Below are positions 36,957-47,398 of a stretch of DNA of 64,000 bases, piece by piece; position 1 is the stretch's first letter; each line of letters opens with the position of its first letter. The position numbers and the translations under genes are program-made. The notes under the pieces were generated by a model. It saw nothing but the letters and a program-made list of their open reading frames with translations. It did not search any database and was not told the DNA's origin. The stretch covers positions 898 through 64,897 of the forward strand of contig CANQBL010000004.1 in NCBI GenBank assembly GCA_947589105.1, read 5' to 3'. This DNA is from an uncultured Bacilli bacterium. Its GTDB lineage: Bacteria > Bacillota_I > Bacilli_A > RF39 > UBA660.

Positions 36957-37808
36957 TTAGCGAATCATATTCTTTAAATTTAAACCTGCATTATATACAT
37001 CTTTTTTACTAATATCATTATCTTTATCACTAACTTTTTTTACTGCTTCTTTTAATGAGCAATTATTTAATTTCATTTCTTCAACTATTTTAGCCTCTAA
37101 ACTAATAATTTTATTTTTGTCTGTTTTTACAACATCATTATTTATTAAAATTACATACTCACCCTTTTCGGCATCTATATTTGATACCATTTTTTCATAT
37201 ACTTCTTCTATTTTTCCATAAATTGAGTTTTCATGAAGTTTTGTTAATTCATTGCATAAGCATACCACACACCCTGGCATTTCTTGTTTTAGTTCCATAA
37301 GTAATTTTAAAATACGTTTTGGAGACTCGTATATAACCTTTGTTTTGACATCAGAATGCTTTATTTTATTAAAAAGCTCTTTTTTATCCTTATTTATTGT
37401 AGGAACAAAACCATAAAAAGAAAATGAAGACGTATCTAATCCACTTATTGAAAGAGCTGTTATAACCGCACTACAACCTGGAATTCCAATTACGTTAATT
37501 CCTTCTTCTTTAGCCTTTTTAACTAAAATATAACCAGGATCCGATATACAAGGAGTTCCTGCATCAGAAACTAAAGATATGTTTTTTCCCGATTTTAATT
37601 CTTTTATTATTTCTTCAGTTCTTTTACTTTCATTAAATTTATGATATGAAATCATTTTTGTTTTAATATCAAAATAATTTAGTAATTTAATCGTTTGTCT
37701 TGTGTCCTCTACTAATATAATATCACTTTGTTTAAGTGTTTCTACCGCACGAGAAGAAAAATCCCCTAAATTTCCAATTGGTGTTGCAACAACATATAAA
37801 TTTCCCAT
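36957..37808 (-). CDS. rsmI: 16S rRNA (cytidine1402-2'-O)-methyltransferase RsmI
   Basis: GNLYVVATPIGNLGDFSSRAVETLKQSDIILVEDTR tetrapyrrole-methylase-fold signature. Confidence 0.85.
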   Translation of the reverse strand: MGNLYVVATPIGNLGDFSSRAVETLKQSDIILVEDTRQTIKLLNYFDIKTKMISYHKFNESKRTEEIIKELKSGKNISLVSDAGTPCISDPGYILVKKAKEEGINVIGIPGCSAVITALSISGLDTSSFSFYGFVPTINKDKKELFNKIKHSDVKTKVIYESPKRILKLLMELKQEMPGCVVCLCNELTKLHENSIYGKIEEVYEKMVSNIDAEKGEYVILINNDVVKTDKNKIISLEAKIVEEMKLNNCSLKEAVKKVSDKDNDISKKDVYNAGLNLKNMIR

Positions 37809-37861
37809 AATAACACGTCCTTTAAAATTATTATATCATTTAAAAAGGCCTTATTAAAGAC

Positions 37862-39076
37862 CTAGAAATTAAACATTAACCACTCCGGTTTAACAATTAA
37901 TAAAATACCAATTATAAACATTATTATACCACTAGCAAGATGCGAGTATTTAGCATATTTTGTTGAAATACCTGTTAGTTGCATAGTTTTAAATACTATA
38001 GTAAAAATAATTAAATCATCTAGCATAAAGAAAAATATATAAGTTATTATATAAAACCAGTATTCAAATAAACTTAGATTATTCATTTTTAAAAGTTTGG
38101 CAAAAATAACTGGAAAATCTGCCGAACAAGCAAGTTCTATTAAATTAGCTGATATAGCTAGCAACAAAATACCAATTATTGCTATAATAAGTGTCCTTTT
38201 CTTTAGAAGTTTCTTTACTTTTAAAAAATATTTATTTTCTTTTTTAGTATGTTCTACATTATAAAGTTCTTCTTTATTAAGAGAGTTAGCAAAACTATTT
38301 AAATTAATGGCACCACCAATTATCGCAGCAACAGCAATTATAGTTCTAACTATTGCAACCCAACTTATCATCTTGTCAAAAGAAAGCCATGATACCATAA
38401 AAGCCATATATATAAAGGAAGAAGTAACTAAAAATATAAGACCTAAAGTCCACAACCTCTTTTTATCTTTCACACCAATTAAAGTACTTATAAAAAATAA
38501 TAATATCCACATTGCGCATGGATTAAAACCATCTATTACTCCCAATAAAACTGATATAGAAGGAAGAGAAAATCTTTTCAAATCAAGCATACCAACAATT
38601 GGTAATTTAATTTTATAACTTCCTTTTTGTAATAATCTATCCTCTTTTTGAATTGAATTTTCAGTTTCTTTAACTACACCAATTTTAATTCCTACTTTAT
38701 CTAAAAAATCTTCTTTGGATGCCATTTTTATATGATATCTATAAGTTTCATCAGTTACACTACTTGCATAACCAAAAATAGCAGTATTATCAATAACTAC
38801 AAAAGGAACACCACGTACATTTATATCTAAAAGAGTTGCAACTTCTTTCATCAAAGCCTTATTTTCTTCATTTTCCCAAACTTCATATTTATATATTTTT
38901 AAATCATATTTATCTTTGATATTATTTAAGTATTTAAATGCTTCTTTACAGTGAGGACAAGTTTTTCCATAAAACATATACACATTAACACTCTTAGCGC
39001 TTGCATTCATATTAAATGTTAAAAAAGCTAATACTGATAGTAAAATGCAAAATATTATTTTCTTAATTAATTTCAT
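37862..39076 (-). CDS. Thioredoxin-fold (CPHC) domain fused to a polytopic membrane domain; thiol-disulfide oxidoreductase candidate
   Basis: Signal peptide, YGKTCPHCKEA CxxC motif, then a multi-TM region with a GFNPCAMW motif. Confidence 0.65.
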   Translation of the reverse strand: MKLIKKIIFCILLSVLAFLTFNMNASAKSVNVYMFYGKTCPHCKEAFKYLNNIKDKYDLKIYKYEVWENEENKALMKEVATLLDINVRGVPFVVIDNTAIFGYASSVTDETYRYHIKMASKEDFLDKVGIKIGVVKETENSIQKEDRLLQKGSYKIKLPIVGMLDLKRFSLPSISVLLGVIDGFNPCAMWILLFFISTLIGVKDKKRLWTLGLIFLVTSSFIYMAFMVSWLSFDKMISWVAIVRTIIAVAAIIGGAINLNSFANSLNKEELYNVEHTKKENKYFLKVKKLLKKRTLIIAIIGILLLAISANLIELACSADFPVIFAKLLKMNNLSLFEYWFYIITYIFFFMLDDLIIFTIVFKTMQLTGISTKYAKYSHLASGIIMFIIGILLIVKPEWLMFNF

Positions 39077-39176
39077 ATCATATTTCCTTTATAAATTCTA
39101 ATAACTTTTCTTTCTTTTTTTCTTTAATTAAATTTCAAAAGATTTATACAAAAAAACGTCTTAAAGACGTTTTTTT

Positions 39177-39488
39177 CTAGTCTGATAATTCACTAACTGG
39201 AATAATATAAGTTACTTCTCCATTTGGTTTAATTATTTTAATAGTAGCTTTTTTAGATTCAATAACTTTAACATCTTGACTTTTTTTAGCATTAGCTTGA
39301 ATCTTATTTGGATTTTGGAAAGTTAGTACTTGCAAAGGAGTTCTACTAGTTAGAACACCTACTGCACATAGTGACATTACTAAAACAACTGATAAGCAAG
39401 CCCCTATCTTAAACCATGAATCTTTAATAAGTTCTTTACTAGCTAATTTTGGTCTTCCTACTTTATTATTTTCTTCTTTCTTAGCCAT
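39177..39488 (-). CDS. Membrane-anchored hypothetical protein
   Basis: 103 aa with a single TM (IGACLSVVLVMSLCAVGVL). Confidence 0.5.
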   Translation of the reverse strand: MAKKEENNKVGRPKLASKELIKDSWFKIGACLSVVLVMSLCAVGVLTSRTPLQVLTFQNPNKIQANAKKSQDVKVIESKKATIKIIKPNGEVTYIIPVSELSD

Positions 39489-39673
39489 AACGTCAACTCC
39501 TTACTTTTCTATTCTAATATAATAATACCATAAAACTCTAAAAATCGAACTTTTTTTATAATACTTTACATTTTTATTTACTACATTATAGTTATGTTAT
39601 AAAATCCATAGTATTATTCATAATTTTTTATTTTATATTTTAAAAATAAAAGAAGAATTACATTTAAGTAATC

Positions 39674-41779
39674 CTACCTTATTACAACTAGATTATTATC
39701 TTTAATATCAATTGTTAAATTATCACCTGTTATTATACTTCCATCTATTAACTTCTTAGCTAGTAATGTTTCTAAATTTTTAGATAAGAATCTTTTAAGA
39801 GGTCTTGCCCCATAATTATGATCATAACCATTTTCTACAATCCATTCTTTTGCCTTACTACTTAATATTATAGAAATTTTATTTCCTAATAATTTATTAT
39901 TTAAATCACTTACTAGTTTATCTAATATTTCATAAATAACATCTTTAGATAACGAATTAAAAATTATTATCTCATCAACACGATTTAAAAATTCTGGTCT
40001 AAAATAAGTTTTTAATTCACTATTTATAATTTGTTCATCTACTTTTCCATCTAAAACATATTCACTTCCAACGTTAGAAGTCATTATTATAATAGTATTT
40101 TTAAAATCTACGGTACGTCCATGACCATCAGTTATTCTTCCATCATCTAATATTTGAAGTAATATATTTAAAACATCTTTATGAGCTTTTTCTATTTCAT
40201 CAAATAAAACTATACTATACGGGTTTCTTCTAACGGCTTCCGTTAATTGACCACCTTCATCATACCCTACATAACCTGGAGGCGCCCCAATAAGTCTTGC
40301 AACCGAATGACTTTCCATATACTCACTCATATCAATTCTAACCATATGTTTTTCATCATCAAAAAGTTCATAAGCAAGTGTTCTTGCTACCTCTGTTTTA
40401 CCTACTCCTGTTGGACCTAAGAAAATAAATGAACCTATTGGTCTTGCTTCATCTTTTATACCAGACCTTGATCTTATGATTGCTTCACTAACAAGCTTCA
40501 AAGCTTCATCTTGACCTTTTACCCTTTTTTTCATGTTTTGTTCAAGATTAAGAATCTTTTCTTTTTCACCTTGAGCTAATTTTGTTATTGGAATATTAGT
40601 CCATCTTGCAATAACTCCCGCAATAGATTCTTCATTTACCCTATCAGATAATATTTTGTTTTCATTTGCTTGTTTTAAATTATCAAGAGTCTTCTCTAAT
40701 TCTGGAATAGTACCATGCCTTAATACAGCCGCACTTTCCAAATCATAATTATTTTCAGCCATTTCTAATTTAAATCTAGCATCTTCTAATTCCTTTTTAG
40801 TTTTTTTAATATCAGATTGAATAGCTTTTTCTTTTTCCCAAGCATTTCTAAGAGTCAATTCTTCTTCTTTCATTTCTTTTATTTTACTATCTAATTCTTT
40901 AACCCTTTGTTTACTTATATCATCTTTATCTTTTTTTATAGCTTCTCTTTCTATTTGAAGTTTCATAATCCTTCTAGTTAATGAATCTATGTTTTCTGGT
41001 ACAGAATCCATTTGAACACGAATGGTAGCACAAGCTTCATCAATCAAATCAATTGCCTTATCTGGTAAAAATCTATCGGTTATATAACGGTTCGAAAGGG
41101 TTGCTGCTGCTACTAATGCTGCATCTGAAATTGATACACCATGATGTACCTCAAATCTAGGCTTTAACCCTCTAAGTATAGTTATAGTATCAGATACGGT
41201 AGGTTCTTTTACCATTACTTTTTGAAATCTACGTTCTAAAGCTCCATCATCTTCAATATATTTACGATATTCATTTAAAGTTGTGGCGCCAATACAATGA
41301 ATTTCTCCTCTTGCAAGCATTGGTTTAAGCATGTTACCAGCATCCATAGCTCCCTCTAATTTTCCCGCTCCTACTATCATATGAATCTCGTCAATAAACA
41401 TAATAATGTTTCCTTCAGATTTTTTAACCTCATTTAAAACGTTTTTAAGTCTTTCTTCAAACTCTCCCCTATATTTAGCACCTGCAATTAAAGATGCCAT
41501 ATCAAGTTCCCAAATAGTTTTATCTTTTAAAGAGCTTGGTACATCACCTTTTACAATACGAGAAGCAAGGCCTTCAATAATAGCGGTTTTTCCTACTCCT
41601 GGTTCTCCAATTAATACCGGATTATTTTTAGTTTTACGAGATAATATACGAGTTATAGAACGTATTTCTTCATCCCTTCCAATTACAGGATCTACTTTAC
41701 CATCCTTAACGTACTGAGTAATATCTCTACCATATTTTTCCAAAACATTTTCTTCTTTTTCTTCATTCATATTAAACAT
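39674..41779 (-). CDS. clpB: ClpB disaggregase lacking the N-terminal domain
   Basis: Two AAA+ modules ([19 protein letters not shown]) and a long middle coiled coil. The protein begins ~15 aa before [21 protein letters not shown], so the ~145-aa N-domain is absent. Confidence 0.9.
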   Translation of the reverse strand: MFNMNEEKEENVLEKYGRDITQYVKDGKVDPVIGRDEEIRSITRILSRKTKNNPVLIGEPGVGKTAIIEGLASRIVKGDVPSSLKDKTIWELDMASLIAGAKYRGEFEERLKNVLNEVKKSEGNIIMFIDEIHMIVGAGKLEGAMDAGNMLKPMLARGEIHCIGATTLNEYRKYIEDDGALERRFQKVMVKEPTVSDTITILRGLKPRFEVHHGVSISDAALVAAATLSNRYITDRFLPDKAIDLIDEACATIRVQMDSVPENIDSLTRRIMKLQIEREAIKKDKDDISKQRVKELDSKIKEMKEEELTLRNAWEKEKAIQSDIKKTKKELEDARFKLEMAENNYDLESAAVLRHGTIPELEKTLDNLKQANENKILSDRVNEESIAGVIARWTNIPITKLAQGEKEKILNLEQNMKKRVKGQDEALKLVSEAIIRSRSGIKDEARPIGSFIFLGPTGVGKTEVARTLAYELFDDEKHMVRIDMSEYMESHSVARLIGAPPGYVGYDEGGQLTEAVRRNPYSIVLFDEIEKAHKDVLNILLQILDDGRITDGHGRTVDFKNTIIIMTSNVGSEYVLDGKVDEQIINSELKTYFRPEFLNRVDEIIIFNSLSKDVIYEILDKLVSDLNNKLLGNKISIILSSKAKEWIVENGYDHNYGARPLKRFLSKNLETLLAKKLIDGSIITGDNLTIDIKDNNLVVIR

Positions 41780-41844
41780 ATATACCACCCCTTAGTAATA
41801 TTATGCACATCTTTTTTTGCACTATGAGAATTATAAAACAAAAA

Positions 41845-41871
41845 TTAGCACTTGTCAATATAGAGTGCTAA
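41845..41871. promoter_or_regulatory. CIRCE operator (HrcA site) overlapping the clpB promoter
   Basis: TTAGCACTT-N9-GAGTGCTAA. On the minus strand, TTGACA (41858-41853), a 17-nt spacer and TATAAT (41835-30) overlap the element. Confidence 0.8.
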
Positions 41872-41906
41872 TTTAGTAACATTTTATCTTTTTTTATAAA
41901 TGTTAA

Positions 41907-42932
41907 TTATTTTTGTCTTTTTAATAAATAATCAGCAAACTTGATAAATAATTCCTTATTTTTAACATCCATTTTCTTTATTTTATTTATACCATTAATA
42001 GTGTACTTTTCAGCTAGTTCTTCTGCAATTTTTCTAGCCCCTAATCTATCAAAAAGATTGGCTATTATGTTACTTTCTTCTTCGGTAACATTAGGATTAC
42101 CATAATATTTTTTTATTGTCTTTAAGTCATTATCAGTTGCATGGTCAATAGCATATTTATAAATAATCGTTTGCTTTCCTTCTTTTATATCATTTAAGGT
42201 TTTACCCATTTCATTTGAGTTAGAATATAAACCTAATAAATCATCTTTAATTTGAAAAGCTATTCCTAAATTTGTACCCACTTCTATTAGTTTTTGCTTA
42301 TCATCATAATTAGCTCCAGCTGAAGCTGCTCCAATTAATATAGGGCCTATTATCGTATACCAAGCAGTTTTATTAACGTATATATCGTATATTATTTTTT
42401 CGTCCATTTTTTTATGGTATTCAACAGACTTAAAAGGAAGTTCTACGTCTATAATTTCTCCATTTACGGTATTATAAAGTGTTTTAGAATAAACTCTTAT
42501 TATTTCATCCTTTAAGTCATTACTAATGCTAGAGTTATTAATTATTCTATATGATATAAAAAAACCTAAATCGCCTATACATATTGCTTTAGATATTCCA
42601 ATATGTCCGCTATACTTTGCATTTATTGTTTCCATGCCTCGTCTTTTATCTGCCTCATCAATAATGTCATCATGAATTAATATGGCAGTTTGAAATATTT
42701 CTATAGCAGCAGCAATATCAATGTAAAAATCATCATCTTTGCCAAATAATAATTGTCCTAATTTAATTAAAAATCCACGTACTCTTTTTCCTCCTTGAGA
42801 TAATCTTTTTAACTCTTCTAAAGAATTTTTTAAAAACTCATTATCTTGATATTTTAATATTTCTTTATCTAAAATTTCATTTATTTTATCTTCTATTTTT
42901 TTTCTTGTTTCATTAAATAAAGCATCATTCAT
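41907..42932 (-). CDS. Polyprenyl diphosphate synthase (trans-IPPS)
   Basis: ILIHDDIIDEADKRRG (FARM) and FQIKDDLLG (SARM). Confidence 0.85.
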   Translation of the reverse strand: MNDALFNETRKKIEDKINEILDKEILKYQDNEFLKNSLEELKRLSQGGKRVRGFLIKLGQLLFGKDDDFYIDIAAAIEIFQTAILIHDDIIDEADKRRGMETINAKYSGHIGISKAICIGDLGFFISYRIINNSSISNDLKDEIIRVYSKTLYNTVNGEIIDVELPFKSVEYHKKMDEKIIYDIYVNKTAWYTIIGPILIGAASAGANYDDKQKLIEVGTNLGIAFQIKDDLLGLYSNSNEMGKTLNDIKEGKQTIIYKYAIDHATDNDLKTIKKYYGNPNVTEEESNIIANLFDRLGARKIAEELAEKYTINGINKIKKMDVKNKELFIKFADYLLKRQK

Positions 42933-43111
42933 ATAAACATCTCCAAACTCAATACATAAATTATACCACTTATATAAATTCTAGTAAAATAAAAGATAAT
43001 TGGTTTTTAGTTAAGTTACAGTTGTTATGAACCTCGTTTAATAAAAAGGCTTTATTTTCTTTTTTGACATTATATGATATAATTTTTATAGAATAATAAG
43101 GCAGTGATAAA

Positions 43112-43969
43112 ATGAGTGAAAACAAAGTAAAAAATTATGATCAAAATGAGAATAAAACAGAGTTTTTATTTGAAAGTGACGCAGAAAAAGTTGTTTTAAA
43201 AGAAGCGTCTAAACCTAAAAAAATAAAAATATATAAAAAAATATTTATTAACACTATATTTATCTGCTTTTTTATAACAATAATGACACTAGTTTTAAAT
43301 AATTATCAAAAAAAACAAATTAAAAATATTACAGCTTCGCTAGGAAAAATAAACGCTTCAAATAAAATAGATGAGAAATTAAATTCTTTTAGTAATGATT
43401 TAAATTTAGTAAATAATAACTTACAAGATAAATATTCTATTATAGTAAATAAGGCAAACCCAATAAGCGAAGAAATTTTAAATAGTTACGTATTAACTAA
43501 TGTGGAAAACAACATATATAATGGTATAAAAATAGAGCAAGAAACTTATAAAAATTATCTAAAATTAAAAGAAAATTTACTTGAAAGAGGTTATTACATA
43601 AACATTATAGAAGGGTTTAAAACATTTAATGAATCAAAAATTATATATAATAATTATAAGAGAAAAAACGGAATTAACTACGCAGAAAAATACATTGCTA
43701 AACCTGGAACCTCTGAACACAACACCGGTTTAGCATTTGATTTTATAATATCTAATAATAAAAATTCATACGAAACAAATTATAAAAGTGAAGAATATTT
43801 TTATCTAGAAAACATTGCTTATCTTTATGGCTTTATAATTAGATATCCAAAAGATAAAGAAAAAGTTACTGGATATAACTATATACCTTATCATTTAAGG
43901 TACGTTGGTGTTAATCTTGCTAAATATTTAAAGAAAAACAATTTAACATTAGAAGAATATTATAAGTAA
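43112..43969 (+). CDS. VanY-like D-alanyl-D-alanine carboxypeptidase (peptidase M15B)
   Basis: N-terminal TM; GTSEHNTGLAFDF motif. Confidence 0.8.
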   Translation: MSENKVKNYDQNENKTEFLFESDAEKVVLKEASKPKKIKIYKKIFINTIFICFFITIMTLVLNNYQKKQIKNITASLGKINASNKIDEKLNSFSNDLNLVNNNLQDKYSIIVNKANPISEEILNSYVLTNVENNIYNGIKIEQETYKNYLKLKENLLERGYYINIIEGFKTFNESKIIYNNYKRKNGINYAEKYIAKPGTSEHNTGLAFDFIISNNKNSYETNYKSEEYFYLENIAYLYGFIIRYPKDKEKVTGYNYIPYHLRYVGVNLAKYLKKNNLTLEEYYK

Positions 43970-44023
43970 ATATTAAAGTAAAAAAGAATGTATAAAATAA
44001 ATTTCATACATTCTTTTAATATT

Positions 44024-44416
44024 TTATAATTCATCCATATTCCATCTTACTGGTAATAGCTCATCTACTGTTTTAACTTCTCCATTTCTTAATAATACCT
44101 TTGTTTTTAGATTATCATTATTAAGTTGTCTTATAAATTCTAGACATCTACCGCAAGAAACAACCACATCATTTTCACTAGAAGAAACAATTTTAACAAT
44201 ATGGGTTTCCCCCGCTTTTAACATATCTGCGATAGCACTATGTTCCGCACAAAATCCTATACCGCATTTTGCATTTATAGATATACCAGTATAAACATTA
44301 CCAGCTTCAGTTAATAACGCGCAAGCAACATGACCACATCTAACGTATTCACTAACTACAATATCTCCCGCTAATTGTTTTGCAACCTTTTTTAATACAT
44401 CAAATTCCTTATCCAC
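44024..44416 (-). CDS. cdd: Cytidine/deoxycytidylate deaminase family protein
   Basis: CAEHSAI (zinc/Glu motif) and CGRCLEF. Confidence 0.7.
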   Translation of the reverse strand: MDKEFDVLKKVAKQLAGDIVVSEYVRCGHVACALLTEAGNVYTGISINAKCGIGFCAEHSAIADMLKAGETHIVKIVSSSENDVVVSCGRCLEFIRQLNNDNLKTKVLLRNGEVKTVDELLPVRWNMDEL

Positions 44417-44493
44417 ATTATCACCCTTTTATTCTAATGCAATTATAACATGACTATTTAATTTATTTAAGTTTTTTTCTTAAAAATTGTAAA

Positions 44494-44997
44494 CTAACAT
44501 AACTTTTCTAATAAAGTTTCGAATATTTCCAAATGTCTTTTTTCATCTAATATTATTCTCGAAAGCATTTCTTTTATGTACTTATCATCTATTAATTCTT
44601 TGTGATGTTCATAGTTTTTTATTGCGATTTTCTCAGATTTAATATCAGTTTTAAGCATATCTCTCATTTCATTATCATAATTCACATTACTAGAAGTCCA
44701 CATAACACAGTCTCCTCTTGAAGATTCACAAGTTTTATACACCGGTTTTTTACCTAATAAATTAATTGTTTTACCCAACATTTCCAGGTGTTTCATTTCT
44801 ACAAATGAAATTTCTTCTATAACTTTAGAAAATTCTTCGTTAGAATTAAAAGTATCAAAATGTTGATATGAATAAAGTAATGTAGCTGTCGTTTCACTAA
44901 CTTCTCCAGCATAATCCTGACTAAGCAAATCTGCATAATATGGATTTTTTTCCTCAACTCTTACTATTGGATAAGGAATATCTAATTTAACTTTCAT
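44494..44997 (-). CDS. Ferritin-like/Mn-catalase family protein (CotJC-like)
   Basis: GEVSETTATLLYSYQHF, EEISFVEMKHLEMLG and DEKRHLEIF di-metal motifs. Confidence 0.6.
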   Translation of the reverse strand: MKVKLDIPYPIVRVEEKNPYYADLLSQDYAGEVSETTATLLYSYQHFDTFNSNEEFSKVIEEISFVEMKHLEMLGKTINLLGKKPVYKTCESSRGDCVMWTSSNVNYDNEMRDMLKTDIKSEKIAIKNYEHHKELIDDKYIKEMLSRIILDEKRHLEIFETLLEKLC

Positions 44998-45101
44998 TTT
45001 ATCACCAATTAATTATATTCATAAGGCTATTATAAAATAACATATTATTAAGTGGCAAAAAATTAATATGCACAAACTTCTTATTTTTTTAATAGTATAT
45101 A

Positions 45102-45131
45102 TTGAAAATTTATTTAAGTTTATGTTATAAT
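45102..45131 (+). promoter_or_regulatory. Promoter for tRNA-Trp
   Basis: TTGAAA, 18-nt spacer, TGTTATAAT (extended -10); it ends 15 nt before the tRNA. Confidence 0.5.
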
Positions 45132-45146
45132 TTACTTGTTCCTTTT

Positions 45147-45220
45147 AGGGGATTAGTTAAATGGTATAATAATGGTCTCCAAAACCACTGTTGGGAGTTC
45201 GATTCTCTCATCCCCTGCCA
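45147..45220 (+). tRNA. tRNA-Trp (anticodon CCA) with encoded CCA
   Basis: Manual cloverleaf: acceptor AGGGGAT/ATCCCCT, anticodon loop CTCCAAA, T-arm GGGAG-TTCGATT-CTCTC. Confidence 0.9.
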
Positions 45221-45257
45221 TAACAACTGTTCGCTTTATAGCGATTTATAATATATT

Positions 45258-45283
45258 ATCTAGTCATTTACTAGATTTTTTTA
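45258..45283 (+). terminator. Terminator after tRNA-Trp
   Basis: ATCTAGT-CATTT-ACTAGAT stem followed by a T-run. Confidence 0.6.
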
Positions 45284-45491
45284 TTTAATGTAAAATTTAT
45301 TTTTCTATATAAATTTTACTTTATTATAATAATTTTATCTCTTGAATTTTAAAAGAGTACCCCAAAAGAATCAATGTTAGTTAAAGCATGTGGCTGCAAC
45401 ACCCTTACCTTATATTTAGTGATTTTTTATTATGTAAAATTAGGTTATATATTTCTGTGATGTATTTGTGCCTATACAATTCGAAATAATT

Positions 45492-45515
45492 AAAAAAACG
45501 AACCTAAAAGGTTCG
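45492..45515 (-). terminator. Intrinsic terminator (minus strand) after the glmS stub
   Basis: The minus strand reads CGAACC-TTTTA-GGTTCG followed by T7. Confidence 0.6.
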
Positions 45516-45615
45516 AATCAATTCAACTCCTAGAGAGTTTAAAAAACTTTGTGTAAAATTACCAATCCATGGTAATAAAGATATTTGAGAGTGATTATAT
45601 TAAGTTCATTATAAA

Positions 45616-45678
45616 TCATATCCCAATTAGGATATCTAGTAGTCCATTTTTCTCTACATAACCTATTATTGCACACAT
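45616..45678 (-). pseudogene. glmS: glmS 5' remnant (20 codons)
   Basis: MCAIIGYVEKNGLLDILIGI* behind a GGGGG RBS. Compare the GlmS N-terminus MCGIVGYIG...ILL.GL. No GlmS body follows in any frame. Confidence 0.6.
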
Positions 45679-45689
45679 AAACCCCCATT

Positions 45690-45826
45690 ACTGTGTAATT
45701 TTTGGATTTAATATATACCTTTATTTTGCATTTTAAATATATATCTAACGATTATCCCCTCCGCAGTGGCACCCGCCGAATTTTCGATAACTACTAACCT
45801 CTTCAACTATAAAAGTTCTGGCGCTC
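45690..45826 (-). ncRNA. glmS ribozyme/riboswitch
   Basis: The minus strand reads AGCGCCAGAACU...GAAGAGGUUAGUAGUUAUCGAAAAUUCGGCGGGUGCCACUGCGGAGGGG. This matches, from memory, the hallmark cleavage-site segment and core of Rfam RF00234. It sits immediately 5' of the glmS-like start. Confidence 0.7.
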
Positions 45827-46137
45827 GTCATATAAACTTTAATCTAACCTTCCAAAAGTTAAATATAACTATATTTAGTATATAGAAAAATATAGAAAAA
45901 ATAAAAAATTGTCATTATCTATTTCAAATTTATTATCATTTTATTAAAAAAATTGACAATTTATATTGTGTTAATTTAATAATATCTAAAAATAATAGTA
46001 AACTACCAAATCCAAATAAGATTTATCTTATATGAAATACGACGTAAGTTAAAATTTATTTATTGCAATAAAATTTAAGGATGATTGCAAATAAGAAAGA
46101 CTATTGATATAATATGATTAGAGAGGAGAAATAAAAA

Positions 46138-46512
46138 ATGTATGAAGTAGGAATGTTATGTAAACACTTTAAAGGAAAAGATTTATATGAAAAAAATATA
46201 TATAGAATTATAAAGTTGGGATTGTCAGGTAATGAAATAGATGAAGAGAAAATAACTTATTCAGGTGACAATGAACTTAAGAGTGCTTCTAATTTAGTTA
46301 TTTATGCTAATATATTTCAAGATAATAAATTATTTGCAAGAGAATACGAAGATATATCTAGTGAATTATCGGATGAAAAAAAACAAATTTATAATCAAAC
46401 ATACAAAGTTCAACCATTAACTCCAAATGAAATAGAATTAATTAATAATGAAGATTTTATTTTAAAAAAGAAAAAAATAGTAAAAGAAAAAATCTTAAAA
46501 AAAACATTATAG
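46138..46512 (+). CDS. DUF1653-like protein
   Basis: CKHFKGKDLYEKNIYRII...LVIYANIFQDNKLFAREYEDI resembles the Y(R/K)H(Y/F)KG...VVY...LWVRP pattern. Confidence 0.5.
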   Translation: MYEVGMLCKHFKGKDLYEKNIYRIIKLGLSGNEIDEEKITYSGDNELKSASNLVIYANIFQDNKLFAREYEDISSELSDEKKQIYNQTYKVQPLTPNEIELINNEDFILKKKKIVKEKILKKTL

Positions 46513-46708
46513 AGTATGAAAATAATTTTGTGTAAAGATAAATTCTTTCTATGGTAATATAGAAATATATAACTAAGAAAGGATTTTTTGTATGAAAGAA
46601 AATAAAAATAATGAAATTGTTAAATATTTACAATTTCATTATATCATACACAATATTTATCAGAGATTATTACATCATTTTATATCACAAATTACATAAA
46701 AATATGAA

Positions 46709-47398
46709 TTAGATATTAAAAAAATTATCTATTGCTATTACACCATCGTAATAATTATTCATAATCTCAATGCATAATTTCATTTTTTCTTTATCGATAA
46801 TTTTATTTTGCTTATAATCTTTTATTATATTAGCAAATAATTGATCGTAATAAAATGTAATTGAGCCGTATTTTGACTGGATAAGAATATCTACTAAATC
46901 ATTAATTTTAGTTTTAATATCTTCTTCCAAATTTGATAATAAATAATCATTTATATTTACTTTTTCTCCATCTATTTCAAACTCATTACTAAGTATAGAA
47001 GATAGTTTTTTTTGTAATGGAAGCTGTTCATTTTTTATATCATTGATTAAGTAATTTTTATATTGCAAAGTTTTTTCAACAGTATATTTTGACATTTCTT
47101 TTTGTTTACTATCTATATTTTTTAAAATCAAATCTCCACATACAAAATCTTTTTCTTCTGTTTTATTAAATTCTATAATTTTATCAGTTTCAATATCAAT
47201 TAAAACCCAATATTCAGCTTTAATTTGCTCATCTTTGCTCCAAGCATTATCTTTTTCGTCAGTTATCATTACCCCAACATATAATTTACCATTTTCTACT
47301 CTTAGCATTGGATATAATGGTATATAATTTCCTAATCCCCTTTTTATTTTTTCTTGATTAGTAATATTTAAATACTTATCTAAATTTAAATTATTCAT
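46709..47398 (-). CDS. Hypothetical protein co-transcribed with an ECF sigma factor (possible anti-sigma/partner)
   Basis: ATG 47398 overlaps the sigma stop (ATGAATAA). No TM and no known motif. Confidence 0.6.
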   Translation of the reverse strand: MNNLNLDKYLNITNQEKIKRGLGNYIPLYPMLRVENGKLYVGVMITDEKDNAWSKDEQIKAEYWVLIDIETDKIIEFNKTEEKDFVCGDLILKNIDSKQKEMSKYTVEKTLQYKNYLINDIKNEQLPLQKKLSSILSNEFEIDGEKVNINDYLLSNLEEDIKTKINDLVDILIQSKYGSITFYYDQLFANIIKDYKQNKIIDKEKMKLCIEIMNNYYDGVIAIDNFFNI

